A stretch of 64,000 bases of DNA from contig OZ037844.1 of the NCBI GenBank assembly GCA_964035575.1, positions 186,001 to 250,000 of the forward strand, written 5' to 3'. The notes beneath the pieces were generated by a model that had not been told where the DNA came from, ran no database searches, and saw only the letters and a program-made list of their open reading frames with translations. Position 1 is the stretch's first letter, and each line of letters opens with the position of its first letter. The stretch comes from Rhynchopus sp. YZ270_cl-10. Lineage: Eukaryota. Positions 24,546 through 36,304 of the stretch are shown piece by piece. The translations under genes and the position numbers were made by a program.

Positions 24546-26498
24546 TCAAATGAGAGAAAGAATCTGCACCACATCTGCATGTTGTTTGTGGCTCGCATGC
24601 TGCAACGCAGTGTTGCCTAAAATATTTCTGTGGTTCACATCCACCTTCCGTAATCCCACAAGATAGCGCACAGTCTCGGTGTGTCCATAAAAAGCCGCAA
24701 TGGTAAGACACGTGTTACCTTTGTCGTCCACCACACACACGTCCACACCCGCTTCCACCAACATCTGCACAATGTCGAGTTCCCCAACCTCAGAAGCACA
24801 GCGAAGAGGTGAAATACTGTCTCGCTTCAGCTCAACATCTGCCCCTACATCAATGAGCAGCCGCACCACATCTGAACGCTTCTTTAACACTGCGCGGTGC
24901 AGTGAAGTGAAGCCCCTGTTGTTTGACTGATTCACATCCACCTCAGACATGCACAGAAGAGTACGCACAGTCTCGGTGTGTCCGTGGGCAGCCGCAAGGG
25001 TAAGACACGTGTCTCCTTCGTTGTCTGTGACACACACGTCCACACCTGCCTTGACCAACACCTCCACAACACGGAGATTCCCACGCTGGCTCGCCACAAG
25101 GAATGGCGAACGGTCGTAGATGTCTCTTGTTTCAATATCTGCCCCTGCATCAATGAGCACCTCCACCACGTCTGGGTGGTTTCGCACAACTGCATGGGTC
25201 AACGCACTGCAGCCCGTGCTATCAACGTGCTCCAAGTCCACCTCCTTCAAGCCCACAAGATAGCGCACAGTCTCGGTGTGTCCAAAATATGAAGCAAGGA
25301 TAAGACATGTGACCCCGTTGTTGTCTGTGAAAAACACGTCCGCACCTGCTCTGACTAACGTCTTCAGAACATCGAGATGTCCTGACATGCTCGCCTTGTG
25401 CAGAGGTGAACGTCCGTTCTCGTTCTTCACCTCGATATCTGCCCCTGCATCAATGAGCACCTGAACTACTTCAGGATAGTTTTGTTGACTTGCCCAGTGA
25501 AACGCAGTATACTTTTGTTCATCTGCGTGATTCACGTCCATATCCTTCAAACCCACAAGATAGCGCACAGTCTCGGTGTGTCCAAAATAAGCCGCAAGGG
25601 CAAGACACGTGCGTCCTTGCCTGTCTGCGACACGCACTCTCGCACCTGCTTTCACCAACACCTTGGCAATATCGAGGTGGCCCAAACAGTTCGACACGAG
25701 CAGAGGTGAACGTCCCTTCTCGTCCTTCACCTCAATATCTGCCCCTGCATCAATGAGCACCTCCACCACGCCTGGGTGGTTTCGCACAACTGCATGGGTC
25801 AATGCAGTGCAGCCCGTGCTATCAACGTGCTCCAAGTCCACCTCCTTCAAGCCCACAAGATAGCGCACAGTCTCGGTGTGTCCGATATAAGATGCAAGGG
25901 TAAGACATGTGTCTGCTTGCTTGTCTGTGACGCGTACTCTCGCACCTGCTTCAACCAACATCTTCACAACTGCGAACTTGCCTGAAATGCTCGCCCTGAG
26001 CAGAGGTGAACGTCCATTCTCGTCCTTTATCTCGATGTCTGCCCCTGCATCAATGAGCACCTGACACACTGCAGGGTCCTCCCACATGGCTGGACAGGGA
26101 CGAGGCATCTGACCTTCACTATCTTCCTCTAACCCGTGTGGGACAAACGCAACGTTGCTGCAGACTGACTTCCAATGCTGCAAGAGGACCTCCGTGCACG
26201 CAGTGTGGTCTGCGTGGATGCACTCACTCAGCAGCATCCCGAAGCCCATCTGCGTTGTCTCAACATACGGAAGAAGCAGTGCGAGGCATTCATCGTGGTT
26301 CCCTCTGCATGCCTCGTGCACAGCATCGAAGGCAACCGTTTTGCTGTCTGTGTCTGGGCTGAGCTTCTCAAGTCCCACCTGCACGGCAGTCGTGTCGCCG
26401 TTCCTGGCAGCCTCCACCAAGACCGAGTCTGCAGAAAGTGTTGTACTGTGTGGTTTCTTCTCATCAGGTGTGCTGTCTGCGTGTCGCTCCTTCGACAT
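24546..26498 (-). CDS. Ankyrin family copy D (5 cassettes)
   Basis: 650-aa intact ORF; N-terminal KAPKRRK is replaced by KKPHSTT. Confidence 0.92.
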   Translation of the reverse strand: MSKERHADSTPDEKKPHSTTLSADSVLVEAARNGDTTAVQVGLEKLSPDTDSKTVAFDAVHEACRGNHDECLALLLPYVETTQMGFGMLLSECIHADHTACTEVLLQHWKSVCSNVAFVPHGLEEDSEGQMPRPCPAMWEDPAVCQVLIDAGADIEIKDENGRSPLLRASISGKFAVVKMLVEAGARVRVTDKQADTCLTLASYIGHTETVRYLVGLKEVDLEHVDSTGCTALTHAVVRNHPGVVEVLIDAGADIEVKDEKGRSPLLVSNCLGHLDIAKVLVKAGARVRVADRQGRTCLALAAYFGHTETVRYLVGLKDMDVNHADEQKYTAFHWASQQNYPEVVQVLIDAGADIEVKNENGRSPLHKASMSGHLDVLKTLVRAGADVFFTDNNGVTCLILASYFGHTETVRYLVGLKEVDLEHVDSTGCSALTHAVVRNHPDVVEVLIDAGADIETRDIYDRSPFLVASQRGNLRVVEVLVKAGVDVCVTDNEGDTCLTLAAAHGHTETVRTLLCMSEVDVNQSNNRGFTSLHRAVLKKRSDVVRLLIDVGADVELKRDSISPLRCASEVGELDIVQMLVEAGVDVCVVDDKGNTCLTIAAFYGHTETVRYLVGLRKVDVNHRNILGNTALQHASHKQHADVVQILSLI

Positions 26499-26669
26499 GG
26501 TTTGTGAAGATGTTGATATTCAATGTTGTGTCTTTTATGCTGTTTCTTTGTGGAGGTTGTGAGGTGAGTGGTGGGTGTCCCTGAACTGCCTCCCATCCCT
26601 GACAAGCACAGCCACAGTTGAAATGAGTGGAGTGGATGTCCCCCTACTGGGGTGGAGGGAATCTGTTTT

Positions 26670-26960
26670 TGGCACAGCATGCAAGAATCGTCCATATTGC
26701 CCGCTTCTTTACTTCCCACTGTCACCCTCCCGACTCACAACCTTTCTCCCAGTCTCCCACCCCCTCCCCTAAAGTGCGTTCACCATGGACGAGTCGGTCA
26801 CATACACGTCGTTTACACAGGTGAAATCACGGCAGGTGCCACCTGTAGGTGCCCGATTGGTCCGTGGTGTAAAGTTGCGGTGCTAGCGACGGTGCCCGCA
26901 TATCAGCTGAGGAGCCGACAGCACTCAGAACACCCACCCTGCGTCGCGCAGTCCAGTGCA
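26670..26960. repeat. ~291-bp near-identical duplicate of 29925-30215 (3' tip and downstream flank of the long ankyrin gene)
   Basis: tggcacagcatgcaagaatcg...gcgcagtccagtgca is present at both sites with few differences. Confidence 0.9.
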
Positions 26961-27293
26961 AAATAAACTCGCGAGAAAAAAGAGATTTTTCGGCGAAGTG
27001 AGTGGTGAGGGGGAAAATAAAACATTACGAAAAAAACAATTGTAACAAAGCATTTAAATTATTTTGCGAAATCGTTCTCCCCACCACCTTGGGTAAACGT
27101 TCACCCATATCGGGTTTCACCAGGTAGTTTTTACCGGAATTTTTACACGGTTATGCCTTAGAAGATACCCATTGATGACGGTGACGAGTACTCAAAAACG
27201 GAAAGGAATCTCGAATTTGCAAAACCCGGTAATACACGATACCGGTAACGGGTGCTGTCCATGAAATAAAGACAAAAGAGTTGTGATACTGTT

Positions 27294-28942
27294 TCAAATG
27301 AGAGAAAGAATCTGCACCACATCTGTATGTTGTTCCTTCCTCGCATATTGCAAGGCAGTGTTGCCTAACAAATTTCTGTGGTTCACATCCACCTTCCGTA
27401 ATCCCACAAGATAGCGCACAGTCTCGGTGTGTCCATAAAAAGACGCATTGATAAGACACGTGTCACCTTTGTCGTCCACCACACACACGTCCGCACCTGC
27501 TTCCAACATCTGTACAATGTCGAGTTCCCCAAGCTCAGAAGCGCAGTGAAGAGGTGACCATCCGTCTCGCTTCACCTCAACATCTGCCCCTGCATCAATC
27601 AGCAGCTGTACCACATCTGAGCGCTTCTTTAACACTGCACGGTGCAGTGAAGTCTTGCCGCTGATATTTGAATGATTCACGTCCACCTCAGGCATGCACA
27701 GAAGAGTGCGTACAGTCTCGGTGTGTCCATTGGCAGCAGCAAGGGTGAGACACGCGTTTCCTTCGTTGTCTGTGACACACACTTCCACACCTGCTTTGAC
27801 CAACACCTCCACAACACGGGGATTCCCACGCTGGCTCGCCACGAGGAGTGGCGAACGGTCGTAGATGCCTCTTGTTTCAATATCTGCCCCTGCATCAATG
27901 AGCACCTCCACCACGTCTGGGTGGTTTCGCACAACTGCATGTCTCAACGCACTGCAGCCCGTGCTATCAGCGTGCTCCAAGTCCACCTCCTTCAAACCCA
28001 CAAGATAGCGCACAGTCTCGGTGTGTCCCTTATAAGATGCAAGGATAAGACACGTGTCTCCTAGCTTGTCTGTGACAGGCACTCCCGAACCTGCTCTGAC
28101 CAACATCTTCACCACATCGAGATGTCCTGACATGCTTGCCTTGTGCAGAGGTGAACGTCCGTTCTCGTTCTTCACCTCGATGTCAGCCCTGCATCAATCA
28201 GCACCTGAACGACTTCAGGATAGTTTTGTTGACATGCCAAGTGCAATGCAGTGGAGCCTGAGTCAGCTGTGTGATTCACGTTCATATCCTTCAAACCCAC
28301 AAGGTAGCGCACAGTCTCGGTGTGTCCCACATAAGACGCAAGAGCAAGACATGTGCGTCCTTTGTTGGCTGTGACACACAAGTCCGCACCTGCTTCCACC
28401 AACGCCTTCGCAACTACGATCTTGCCTGAAATGCTCGCAATGAGCAGAGGTGAACGTCCCTTCTCATCCTTTGTCTCGATGTCTGCCCCTGCATCAATGA
28501 GCACCTGACACACTGCAGGGTCCTCCCACATGGCTGGACACGGCATCTGACCTTCACTATCTTCCTCTAACCCGTGTGGGACAAACGCAGCGTTGCTGCA
28601 GACTGACTTCCAATGCTGCAAGAGGACCTCCGTGCACGCAGTGTGGTCTGCGTGGATGCACTCACTCAGCAGGATCCCAAAGCCGTTCGTTCGGTCAACG
28701 TAGTGGGGAAGAAGCAGTGCGAGGCATTCATCGTGGTTCCCTCTGCATGCCTCGTGCACAGCATCGAAGGACACCTTTTTGCTGTCTGTGTCTGTGTCTG
28801 GGCTGAGCTTCTCAAGTGCCACCCGCACGGCAGTCGTGTCGCCGTTCCTGGCAGCCTCCACCAAGACCGAGTCTGCAGAAGGCTTTCTTCTCTTTGGTGC
28901 CTTCTCGTCAGGTGTGCTGTCTGCGTGTTGCTCCTTCGACAT
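27294..28942 (-). pseudogene. Ankyrin family copy E (4 cassettes), 1-nt frameshift (may be an assembly error)
   Basis: ORFs 28172-28942 and 27294-28175; tgtcagccctgcatc at ~28185 versus tgtctgcccctgcatc in paralogues. Confidence 0.75.
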
Positions 28943-30157
28943 GGTTTTTGAAGATGTTGATATTCAATGTTGTGTCTTTTATGCTGTAGGTGAGTAGGTG
29001 GGCGTGATGGTGTGAATCTGCTGACCTGAGTCGAATCTCCCTGGTGTGTTGGGATGCTCGTGGCTGTATCGTCACACATAAGGAATGTCGAACGGAGTGC
29101 ACGTCATCACAGCATATCGAGAAGGAGAGAGTTGCAATGTACTCAAACGCAGCTCGGTCGTGCTCATGCTAAGGGTGGGACGTTCGTGTTCCGTACCGTG
29201 AGAGAACAGAGGCAGTACACAACCACTCGAAAAGCACGCTGCCGCTTTACACCCCCAAGCCTAAATGGCCTGCTATGATGTTGCACGATAGTTACTGTGG
29301 GAGTATAGCAGGGGACCCTAGGGAAATCATTTGCACAGTTCGTATAAATATGAAAAAGAAACCCACCCAGGAACTACACCCCTGTTCATCTTTTGTTTAG
29401 GTGGTACGCTAACTATGTCGTACGCTCTATCAGCCAAGGGCTTTCATAGGTTACGTTTGGATTTTCCTATTTTTCCTAATTTGCTTTCTAGTTTTTTTTT
29501 GATAAATTGTTGGAGTAGAGTAGTTGCCTCGGTTGTGCTGCCACAGTTGTGCAATCTCCACTGTCCTTTTTTGTTGACGTGCATTTCATCCCCCACGTGT
29601 ACGTAGACGTGATGTTATTCGTGGCATCCTGGAGCGTGCTTCTTTCATACAGAAGTGCATCCGGTGTGCCGTAGAACACATCACGTTGTCCTACTGTTGA
29701 GACACAGTACTGAATATCCCTCGTACACAGAATAAAGTTAGCTAGAAGCCTGGGATAAGGGATCGAGTGGTCCAGTGACGCGAATACAAAACATTCCTGT
29801 CTGCGCGTTGTCCTGAAATAAAAGAAATTGAAGCCGCACTCCTACGTTTCCCTTTTTGTGTTTACCCACCCCCACAACTGACTACTCCAACCTGTGAAAG
29901 ACCATGTCCTCCTCACAACGTATATGGCACAGCATGCAAGAATCGTCCATATTGCCCGCTTCTTTACTTCCCACTGTCACCCTCCCGACCCACAACCTTT
30001 CTCCCAGTCTCCCACCCCCTCCCCTAAAGTGCGTTCACCATGGACGAGTCGGTCACATACACGTCGTTTAGACAGGTGAAATCACGGCAGGTGCCACCTG
30101 TAGGTGCCCGATTGGTCCGTGGTGTAAAGTTGCGGTGCTAGCGACGGTGCCCGCATA

Positions 30158-32881
30158 TCAGCTGAGGAGCCGACAGCACTCAGAACACCCACCCTGCGTC
30201 GCGCAGTCCAGTGCAGTGTCCCCGTCCCGGTCACACAAGGCCCTGTCCGCACCGTGCTCAAGAAGAGCCTGTACCACATCTGCATGCTTTTCCTGCGCAG
30301 CGCAGTGCAGCGCAGTGCAACCGTTATTACCCGCGTAGTTCACGTCCACATCCTTCAATCCCACAAGATAGCGCACAGTCTCGGTGTGACCAGCATCAGC
30401 CGCAAGAATAAGACATGTATCTCCGTCGTGGTCTGTGGCACGCACGTCCGCACGAGATTTTTCCAATAACTTCACAACCTCAAGTTCCCCGACGTGGCTT
30501 GCTACCAGGAGAGGAGTGCGACCCAGTTCAGTCGTCGCATTGACGTCTGCCCCCGCGTCAAGGAGTGCCTGGCACACTGCAGGCTTCACACCCACAACGG
30601 CACAGGAGAGTGCAGTGTCACCTTCGTCGTCCTTCGCCTCCAGCGGGACACCACGTTCTGCCAGCAGCCTGCACAGCGCTTCATCACCACACTCAACAGC
30701 GAAGTGCAGTGCCGTGTTTCCATTGTTGTCGCAGCAGCCCACCTTGGCACCGTTGTCCAGCAGAAAGTTCACAAACGTGTTTGTAGGCAACTTGTTGCCG
30801 GCAGCAGAAATCAGAGGTGTCTGTCCGTCTTTGTCTGCCTTGTTGACACAGGCACCCTTCTGAAGAAGCATCTCCCCAAGCTCTACGTTGCCTCCTGCAG
30901 CCGCGTACACCATTGGGTAGCGCCCGTCCGCACACACGGCAGTTGCAGAGGCACCTTTGTCCAGAAAGGCTGTGGCGCACGTGAGTCCACGTCGCAACGC
31001 CTCGTGGAACGGCACCACATCACTATGATCCCGCAGGTCCGTGCGTGCACCTGCTGCAAGAAGCGCCACCACGCCAGGTGTATTGTTGTAGTGCACCGCC
31101 ACGTGGAGGGGCGTTTCCTGTGCATTGTTGACGGCGTCGATGACGGCACCGTGCTTGAGGACCATGTGCACCAGGTCTGCCTTGGGGTCGTTCTCTGCAC
31201 TGGCTGCGTGGTGCAGTGCTGTGTTGCCGTCACTGTCCGCTTTTGACACCGACGCACCGTTCTTAAGGAGAGACGCCGACATTGTGATGTTCTCGTGCAT
31301 GAGTGCTTCAAGCAGCGCAGTCTTCTCCATGTTCACAGTATTGTCCACGTCCATCCCGCTCTTGAGGAGTAGTGCCACTGCCTCGTCAGCCTCTGATGCT
31401 CTGCACTGTGCGACGGCGTGGAAGGGGTTCAGTTCACTCGCTTCGCCCTCTTGCGGGATCACGTTCGCGCCTTGCAGGATCAACTCGCGCAGACTGCTTG
31501 GACTCTGCGCTGCAGCCCACAGGAGTGCTGTCACGTTCTCAGGAGTCTTGATCTCCATATTGGCCCCTGCCTCGAGAAGAAGCACTACACAGGAAGGACG
31601 GTCGTTGCGCGCAGCAAGCATGAGCGGCGTCATCTGGTCCTCGCCTAGCGCGTCTACCGGTGCACCCTGCGCAAGCAGCTCACGTGTGCACTCGGTGTGC
31701 CCTGACCCCACAGCCACATGCAGAAGTGTGTCGTGGTCCTCTGCGACAAAGACTGGGCTGATGCCGGCACGCAGCAGGAGACGAAGGCACTCCACATTCC
31801 CAGAGTGGCACGCTAGGTGCGCCGCATTGTAGTTGTGAGACACCACCCCGACCCCGTCGCCCAGCGCGCCTGCCTCCAGCAGGGCTGCGACCACGGCAGG
31901 CCTCCCCTTAATATTTGACAGCTCAAGGACAGGAACCGCGTCCGGGTGTTCAGACGCTCTCGGGTTCAGCGTTGTGCCCCGCCCCAGGAGGAAGTGGAGC
32001 ACGTCCTCCGCATCTGCACGTACGGCAAGGGGCACACCGCCCTCGCCAGCAGGGTTGTCCACGACCGCACCTGCATACACAAGCACCTTCACACAGGCAA
32101 GGTTATTGCCTACGATGGCAGCATCCAACGCACTCAGCCCATCGCTGCGGTGTTCACGGTCTGCGCCCTTCGCGAGAAGAAACTGCACCACATCCGCATG
32201 GCCACGGGACGCTGCAATGTACAGCGGGCGTGCACAGCTCGCGTCTGTCGCACTGTGCACCTCCAGCCCTGCCCCAGCAGCAACGAGCAGCTCTGCACTC
32301 TCAAGATGCCCGTCGTATGCGGCCCCACACAACGGATTGCCCTTCCCTTCATTCGGGCTCACATTTGCATCCAGCAGCAACGCGAGGACCTGCACACGCC
32401 TCATACGCACACAGCTGAAGATAATCGACTCGCCCTCTCTGTACTGCGTGTTGGCAGGCAAGCCACGCGCAAGCATGAGTGCAAGGTGTGCGTCTGCGTC
32501 CACTTCGATGCAGACTTTGAAGGGGCACGTGCCAGGGGGGTGCTCCTTGAGCGGGTCCACGCCGTGCTGCAGGAGGGCCTCAGTGCACGCAAAGTGGTTA
32601 GCTTGGATGCAGCGACTCAACAGCATCCCAAAACGTATCTGAGTAGTATCGACATACGGAAGAAGCAGTGCAAGGCATTTGTCCTGGTTCTCTTTGCACG
32701 CCTCGTGTACAGCATCCAAGGTCGCCGTTTTGCCAGCTGCATTTGGGCTGAGCTTCTCAAGTCCCGCCCGCAGGGCAGTCGTGTCGCCGTTCCTGGCAGC
32801 CTCCACCAAGACCTCGTCTACCGGAACCCTTCTTCGCTTTGGGTTCGCATCTTGTGTGCAGTCTGCAGGTCTTTTGGGCAT
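30158..32881 (-). CDS. Long, divergent ankyrin-repeat protein (copy L, probable progenitor)
   Basis: 907 aa with many distinct ankyrin repeats; shares the N-terminal ~107 aa and the C-terminal PAVCQ...ETVRYLVGLKDVDVN block with the short copies. Confidence 0.93.
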   Translation of the reverse strand: MPKRPADCTQDANPKRRRVPVDEVLVEAARNGDTTALRAGLEKLSPNAAGKTATLDAVHEACKENQDKCLALLLPYVDTTQIRFGMLLSRCIQANHFACTEALLQHGVDPLKEHPPGTCPFKVCIEVDADAHLALMLARGLPANTQYREGESIIFSCVRMRRVQVLALLLDANVSPNEGKGNPLCGAAYDGHLESAELLVAAGAGLEVHSATDASCARPLYIAASRGHADVVQFLLAKGADREHRSDGLSALDAAIVGNNLACVKVLVYAGAVVDNPAGEGGVPLAVRADAEDVLHFLLGRGTTLNPRASEHPDAVPVLELSNIKGRPAVVAALLEAGALGDGVGVVSHNYNAAHLACHSGNVECLRLLLRAGISPVFVAEDHDTLLHVAVGSGHTECTRELLAQGAPVDALGEDQMTPLMLAARNDRPSCVVLLLEAGANMEIKTPENVTALLWAAAQSPSSLRELILQGANVIPQEGEASELNPFHAVAQCRASEADEAVALLLKSGMDVDNTVNMEKTALLEALMHENITMSASLLKNGASVSKADSDGNTALHHAASAENDPKADLVHMVLKHGAVIDAVNNAQETPLHVAVHYNNTPGVVALLAAGARTDLRDHSDVVPFHEALRRGLTCATAFLDKGASATAVCADGRYPMVYAAAGGNVELGEMLLQKGACVNKADKDGQTPLISAAGNKLPTNTFVNFLLDNGAKVGCCDNNGNTALHFAVECGDEALCRLLAERGVPLEAKDDEGDTALSCAVVGVKPAVCQALLDAGADVNATTELGRTPLLVASHVGELEVVKLLEKSRADVRATDHDGDTCLILAADAGHTETVRYLVGLKDVDVNYAGNNGCTALHCAAQEKHADVVQALLEHGADRALCDRDGDTALDCATQGGCSECCRLLS

Positions 32882-34074
32882 TGATTGGTTTTTTTTTATT
32901 GTTTGTGTTTTTGCTCTGATTTATGAGGAGTGGGGTTGGGTTATTTAAAAAGCGCACTGTTTTGACCTGCAGAAGAGAAAATTCTTTACTCTCCTTGTAT
33001 CGCTGTGTCCTTACAAACAGGAACACCTCGACACACGCTGCATCAGACCCCCTTATCTCTCCCCGCTGCCATCGACTCCACCTCCACCGCTGCACAGATG
33101 CACGAATACATTGAAAAACTATGCAAGCAAAACAGAGTTCGACCTACACCAACGCAGGCTGCTACTCTCTGTGCTGTGGTTTGGCGGTCACCGTATTCTG
33201 TCTGTTTGATGTTCGCGCCTGCAGGAGGGCCTCTCCGTGCACCCCATATTGGTTTTGCTTGGATGCTACGTACTGCGCTGAACTAATGGTAGGGGAGAGT
33301 GCTCACAGGGGAACGTTCTGTTTTAAATGGGTCTGTTCGTATCTTTGTCAAAAATTTGTTTCATTTGAAAGTGGGCACATCAGTAGTGGAACAATGGTGG
33401 TTGATGGAAGGTTTCATAAAAACCCTGTTCTCTTTAAAGGGGTCGCTTATATCCACAAGAGAAAAATGCAAAACAGCCTTTTGGGGCTGAGTTCAGCAAA
33501 AGAAGAGTGGAGAGCAATTTTGTGAAGTAAAATCCAACCAACTAACTAACTCCTTGTACAACTGATGAACAAATGGAATACAGTGGAGATTGCACAACTG
33601 TGGCAACACAACCGAGGCAACTACACTACTCCAACAATTTTTGAATAAAAAGAAGAATGAAAAAAATAGTTGAAACGTGCTAAAAAAACGCATCTCAGTC
33701 GAGCTCATGCAAAGGGTGGGACGAGAACGAAAGGAAAAAAAAAGAGAGAGAAAATTTTTTAAGATGAACCAGTCTCTGCTTGGTCACCTAATAAAAATTG
33801 GTGCTGGAAAAAGACGGCCAAAGAGGTTGCCACCAAATTCAGAAGCGGACAGTGCGACAGCGAATGGCGGCACCACACCTAACTCATGCAGATGCAGGCA
33901 CTATTCGTGGTTTTCCAACACACAGTTGATAGTACAAATGCTCTCGACAGCTCTCACAAAAAAAAAAGAGAAAAGTGCAAAATGAAGAGTAAGCCTAACA
34001 TTGCTTTTCGTCACTTTACGAAAAGGAAACAAAACCTGGAAATATAACCGTGCCCCCCTCTCGCACATATATTT

Positions 34075-34245
34075 ACTGAGGGGGGGTCAAATAAGAGCAG
34101 TGGTTTGAGATTTGGGGTTTTGAAAGAAAAGTTTATAAGATGACCCTAAGCTCGTGCTTAGTCACCTTATCATATTCTTTGAAATGTTATGGACACATCA
34201 ATTCACCGAATGTAAGTTGTGTTTACTCTTATTTGACCCCTCCTA
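34075..34245. mobile_element. Degenerate MITE (Tc1/mariner-pogo style)
   Basis: Inverted ends ctgagggggggtcaaataagag ... ctcttatttgacccctcct; the right end is imperfect. Confidence 0.5.
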
Positions 34246-34775
34246 ACACCGAACACGACTTTTTTATCCTGACACATTCTTTTGTTCTTAGTACGGGTGG
34301 CTCTTTTGGTTTTTTACAAAGGAACCACCTGCACTTCGCCAGACCTGAGCCGTTTCTTACCTGCTAGCACAGGAAATAATTGCTTTGCGATCCGACCAAC
34401 AGTTGAGTTGTGTGGGGGGTTGCTACAATACGAGGATTACACAAAAAGTAAACAAAAAAATTCGAAAGTTAAAAGAAAAAAACACGAATGGACAGGCTAC
34501 ACCACACAGCAAATGCACGAGAAGCCGTTTTACAAACAAAACAGAGAAAAGTTGGGAAGATAGGCACATTTTTAGCCACCTTCAAAATAACGTTGGTAAT
34601 ACACACGCACGGACGGATGTTCAGGGAAGAGAGAGGTTCATGGATATTGTGACATTTCGCCCAACAAAAGGGAGGAAAACTTTTGTATTTAGACAACAAA
34701 ACAAGGATATTCATCGCATTCGGCGTGAGTTAACCTTTTTTTCTGTAGTCCTCTTATTGATACCTGATGAGTCCA

Positions 34776-35726
34776 TCAAAGCCGTTCTTTCAGAAGGGCG
34801 CGGAGCTTTGGAACAATCGCAGTTGTGGCAACGAATTCATACCCAACACCTGGGCAGTGCGGGCAGAAGCAGTTCTTCACCCCCATGCACTCATCGTTTG
34901 GAATGGGGCCGCATTTGTCGGCAATGACTGCGTGCATGTCGAGTGTGGGGATGTCCAGTGCAGCCATCACCTCGGCAGCCTGGTTGTTCAGGTTCCGCAC
35001 GCAGCCGTCCTGGGTTTCGTTGCACATAAAAGCGGAGGTGAGCGCAAAGAGGATGGTCGTGTTAGGCAGCTGCTGCTTCAGCTGTGTTGCGATCTGCGTC
35101 AGCTCGCTTTTGTATGCATCAGGTGGGGCGGACTGCCCAGGGACAGTGTTGTTGAACATCACACCATCGTGGATGCCGAAGTTGAACATCAGGATGTCCG
35201 GCGAGAGGTCCGCACCGCTTGGTGCCCTGATGAAGTAGTCGAGGCACTGCAGGCCGTACGCAGTCTCCTCAGCACCTCCGTCACCTGCCCACGGGGAGTG
35301 CTGCACCATCGCCTCAGCCGCCATGATCTGTGCCACAACAGGTGTGTACCCAATGCTCACAGAGTCGCCCAGGATGACAATGTTTGGCATCGATGTGTTG
35401 AACGGCAGCTCTGGGCCAGGTTTGCAGACACTCTTCCCTGCGACGTCGGGTGCGTTCTCCTTCACGCAGGTTGTCACTGCTTTGTACCCAGAGCCAACGT
35501 TTGTGCAGGTAGTTCCGGGAGGACAGCATGTGTACGGGTTGTTCGGGCAGCACACAGCGTTCTCCCACGGACAGCACCCCATCTTGGAGTTGCTGAAGGG
35601 CATCTGGCAGCATGTGGCGGAGGAGGGACACCGTGTTGTGGAGTACGGTGTCGTGTCGTTCGTGCATTGGTTCGGCCACACCGCAGCCACCAGGGCAGCG
35701 GGCACAAGCAACGCAAGGACTGCCAT
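34776..35726 (-). CDS. Secreted SGNH/GDSL-like hydrolase with N-terminal granulin-like Cys-rich domain (paralogue 1)
   Basis: Signal peptide; CPSSATCC...GCCPWENAVCC...CCPPGTTC; block I VILGDSVS; block III FNFGIHD. Confidence 0.85.
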   Translation of the reverse strand: MAVLALLVPAALVAAVWPNQCTNDTTPYSTTRCPSSATCCQMPFSNSKMGCCPWENAVCCPNNPYTCCPPGTTCTNVGSGYKAVTTCVKENAPDVAGKSVCKPGPELPFNTSMPNIVILGDSVSIGYTPVVAQIMAAEAMVQHSPWAGDGGAEETAYGLQCLDYFIRAPSGADLSPDILMFNFGIHDGVMFNNTVPGQSAPPDAYKSELTQIATQLKQQLPNTTILFALTSAFMCNETQDGCVRNLNNQAAEVMAALDIPTLDMHAVIADKCGPIPNDECMGVKNCFCPHCPGVGYEFVATTAIVPKLRALLKERL

Positions 35727-36304
35727 GATATTATATGCTCTGTTCGTGTGTGTGTGTGAACGCTATTTGTTGTCGAAAATTCGGTGTTTTATGGGGCTAC
35801 CCAATGGGGTACCCTGGGCACTGTGCCCTATAGGGGATGAAGGAAGGATGTGGGAATACTGAAAACAAAAAAGCATTCAACAATTGTGTTACATATTTTT
35901 GTATTTTGTTAGCGTGGAAACGATGCGCTCCACTTTTGTATGATTTTTCTTCGTTGGAGGGAGGAACAGGCACGTTGCTCCGCGGCAATGAACGACACAT
36001 TCTCTGCCACAAAAAAGCAACAGCACAATAATAAAAAAACAGCTGGATGAACCTAAGCCACCGGGAAAAAGGTGAATTCGTTGAAGGGTACGGTCCCTCC
36101 GGGATGCACGTTATCAACAAAGTTCGTTCGTCCCAGGGAGGGAGGAACAGTGCACATACACGTAAACACACACGAAAGAAAAAAAATTTGGGGAAAATAA
36201 GACAAAGGTGCGCAATCTTCTGGCAATATCTGATAAGGTAACTCTTTTTGGTGACCCAGTCCAGGCACAGCGGAAGAGCGTATTCAAAGGCGGGTGGGAT
36301 GCAG

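Noticed and set aside
16145..32881. Diversity-generating retroelement acting on the ankyrin genes
   Set aside because: No reverse transcriptase in the window, no template/variable pair, and no evident adenine-specific substitution pattern
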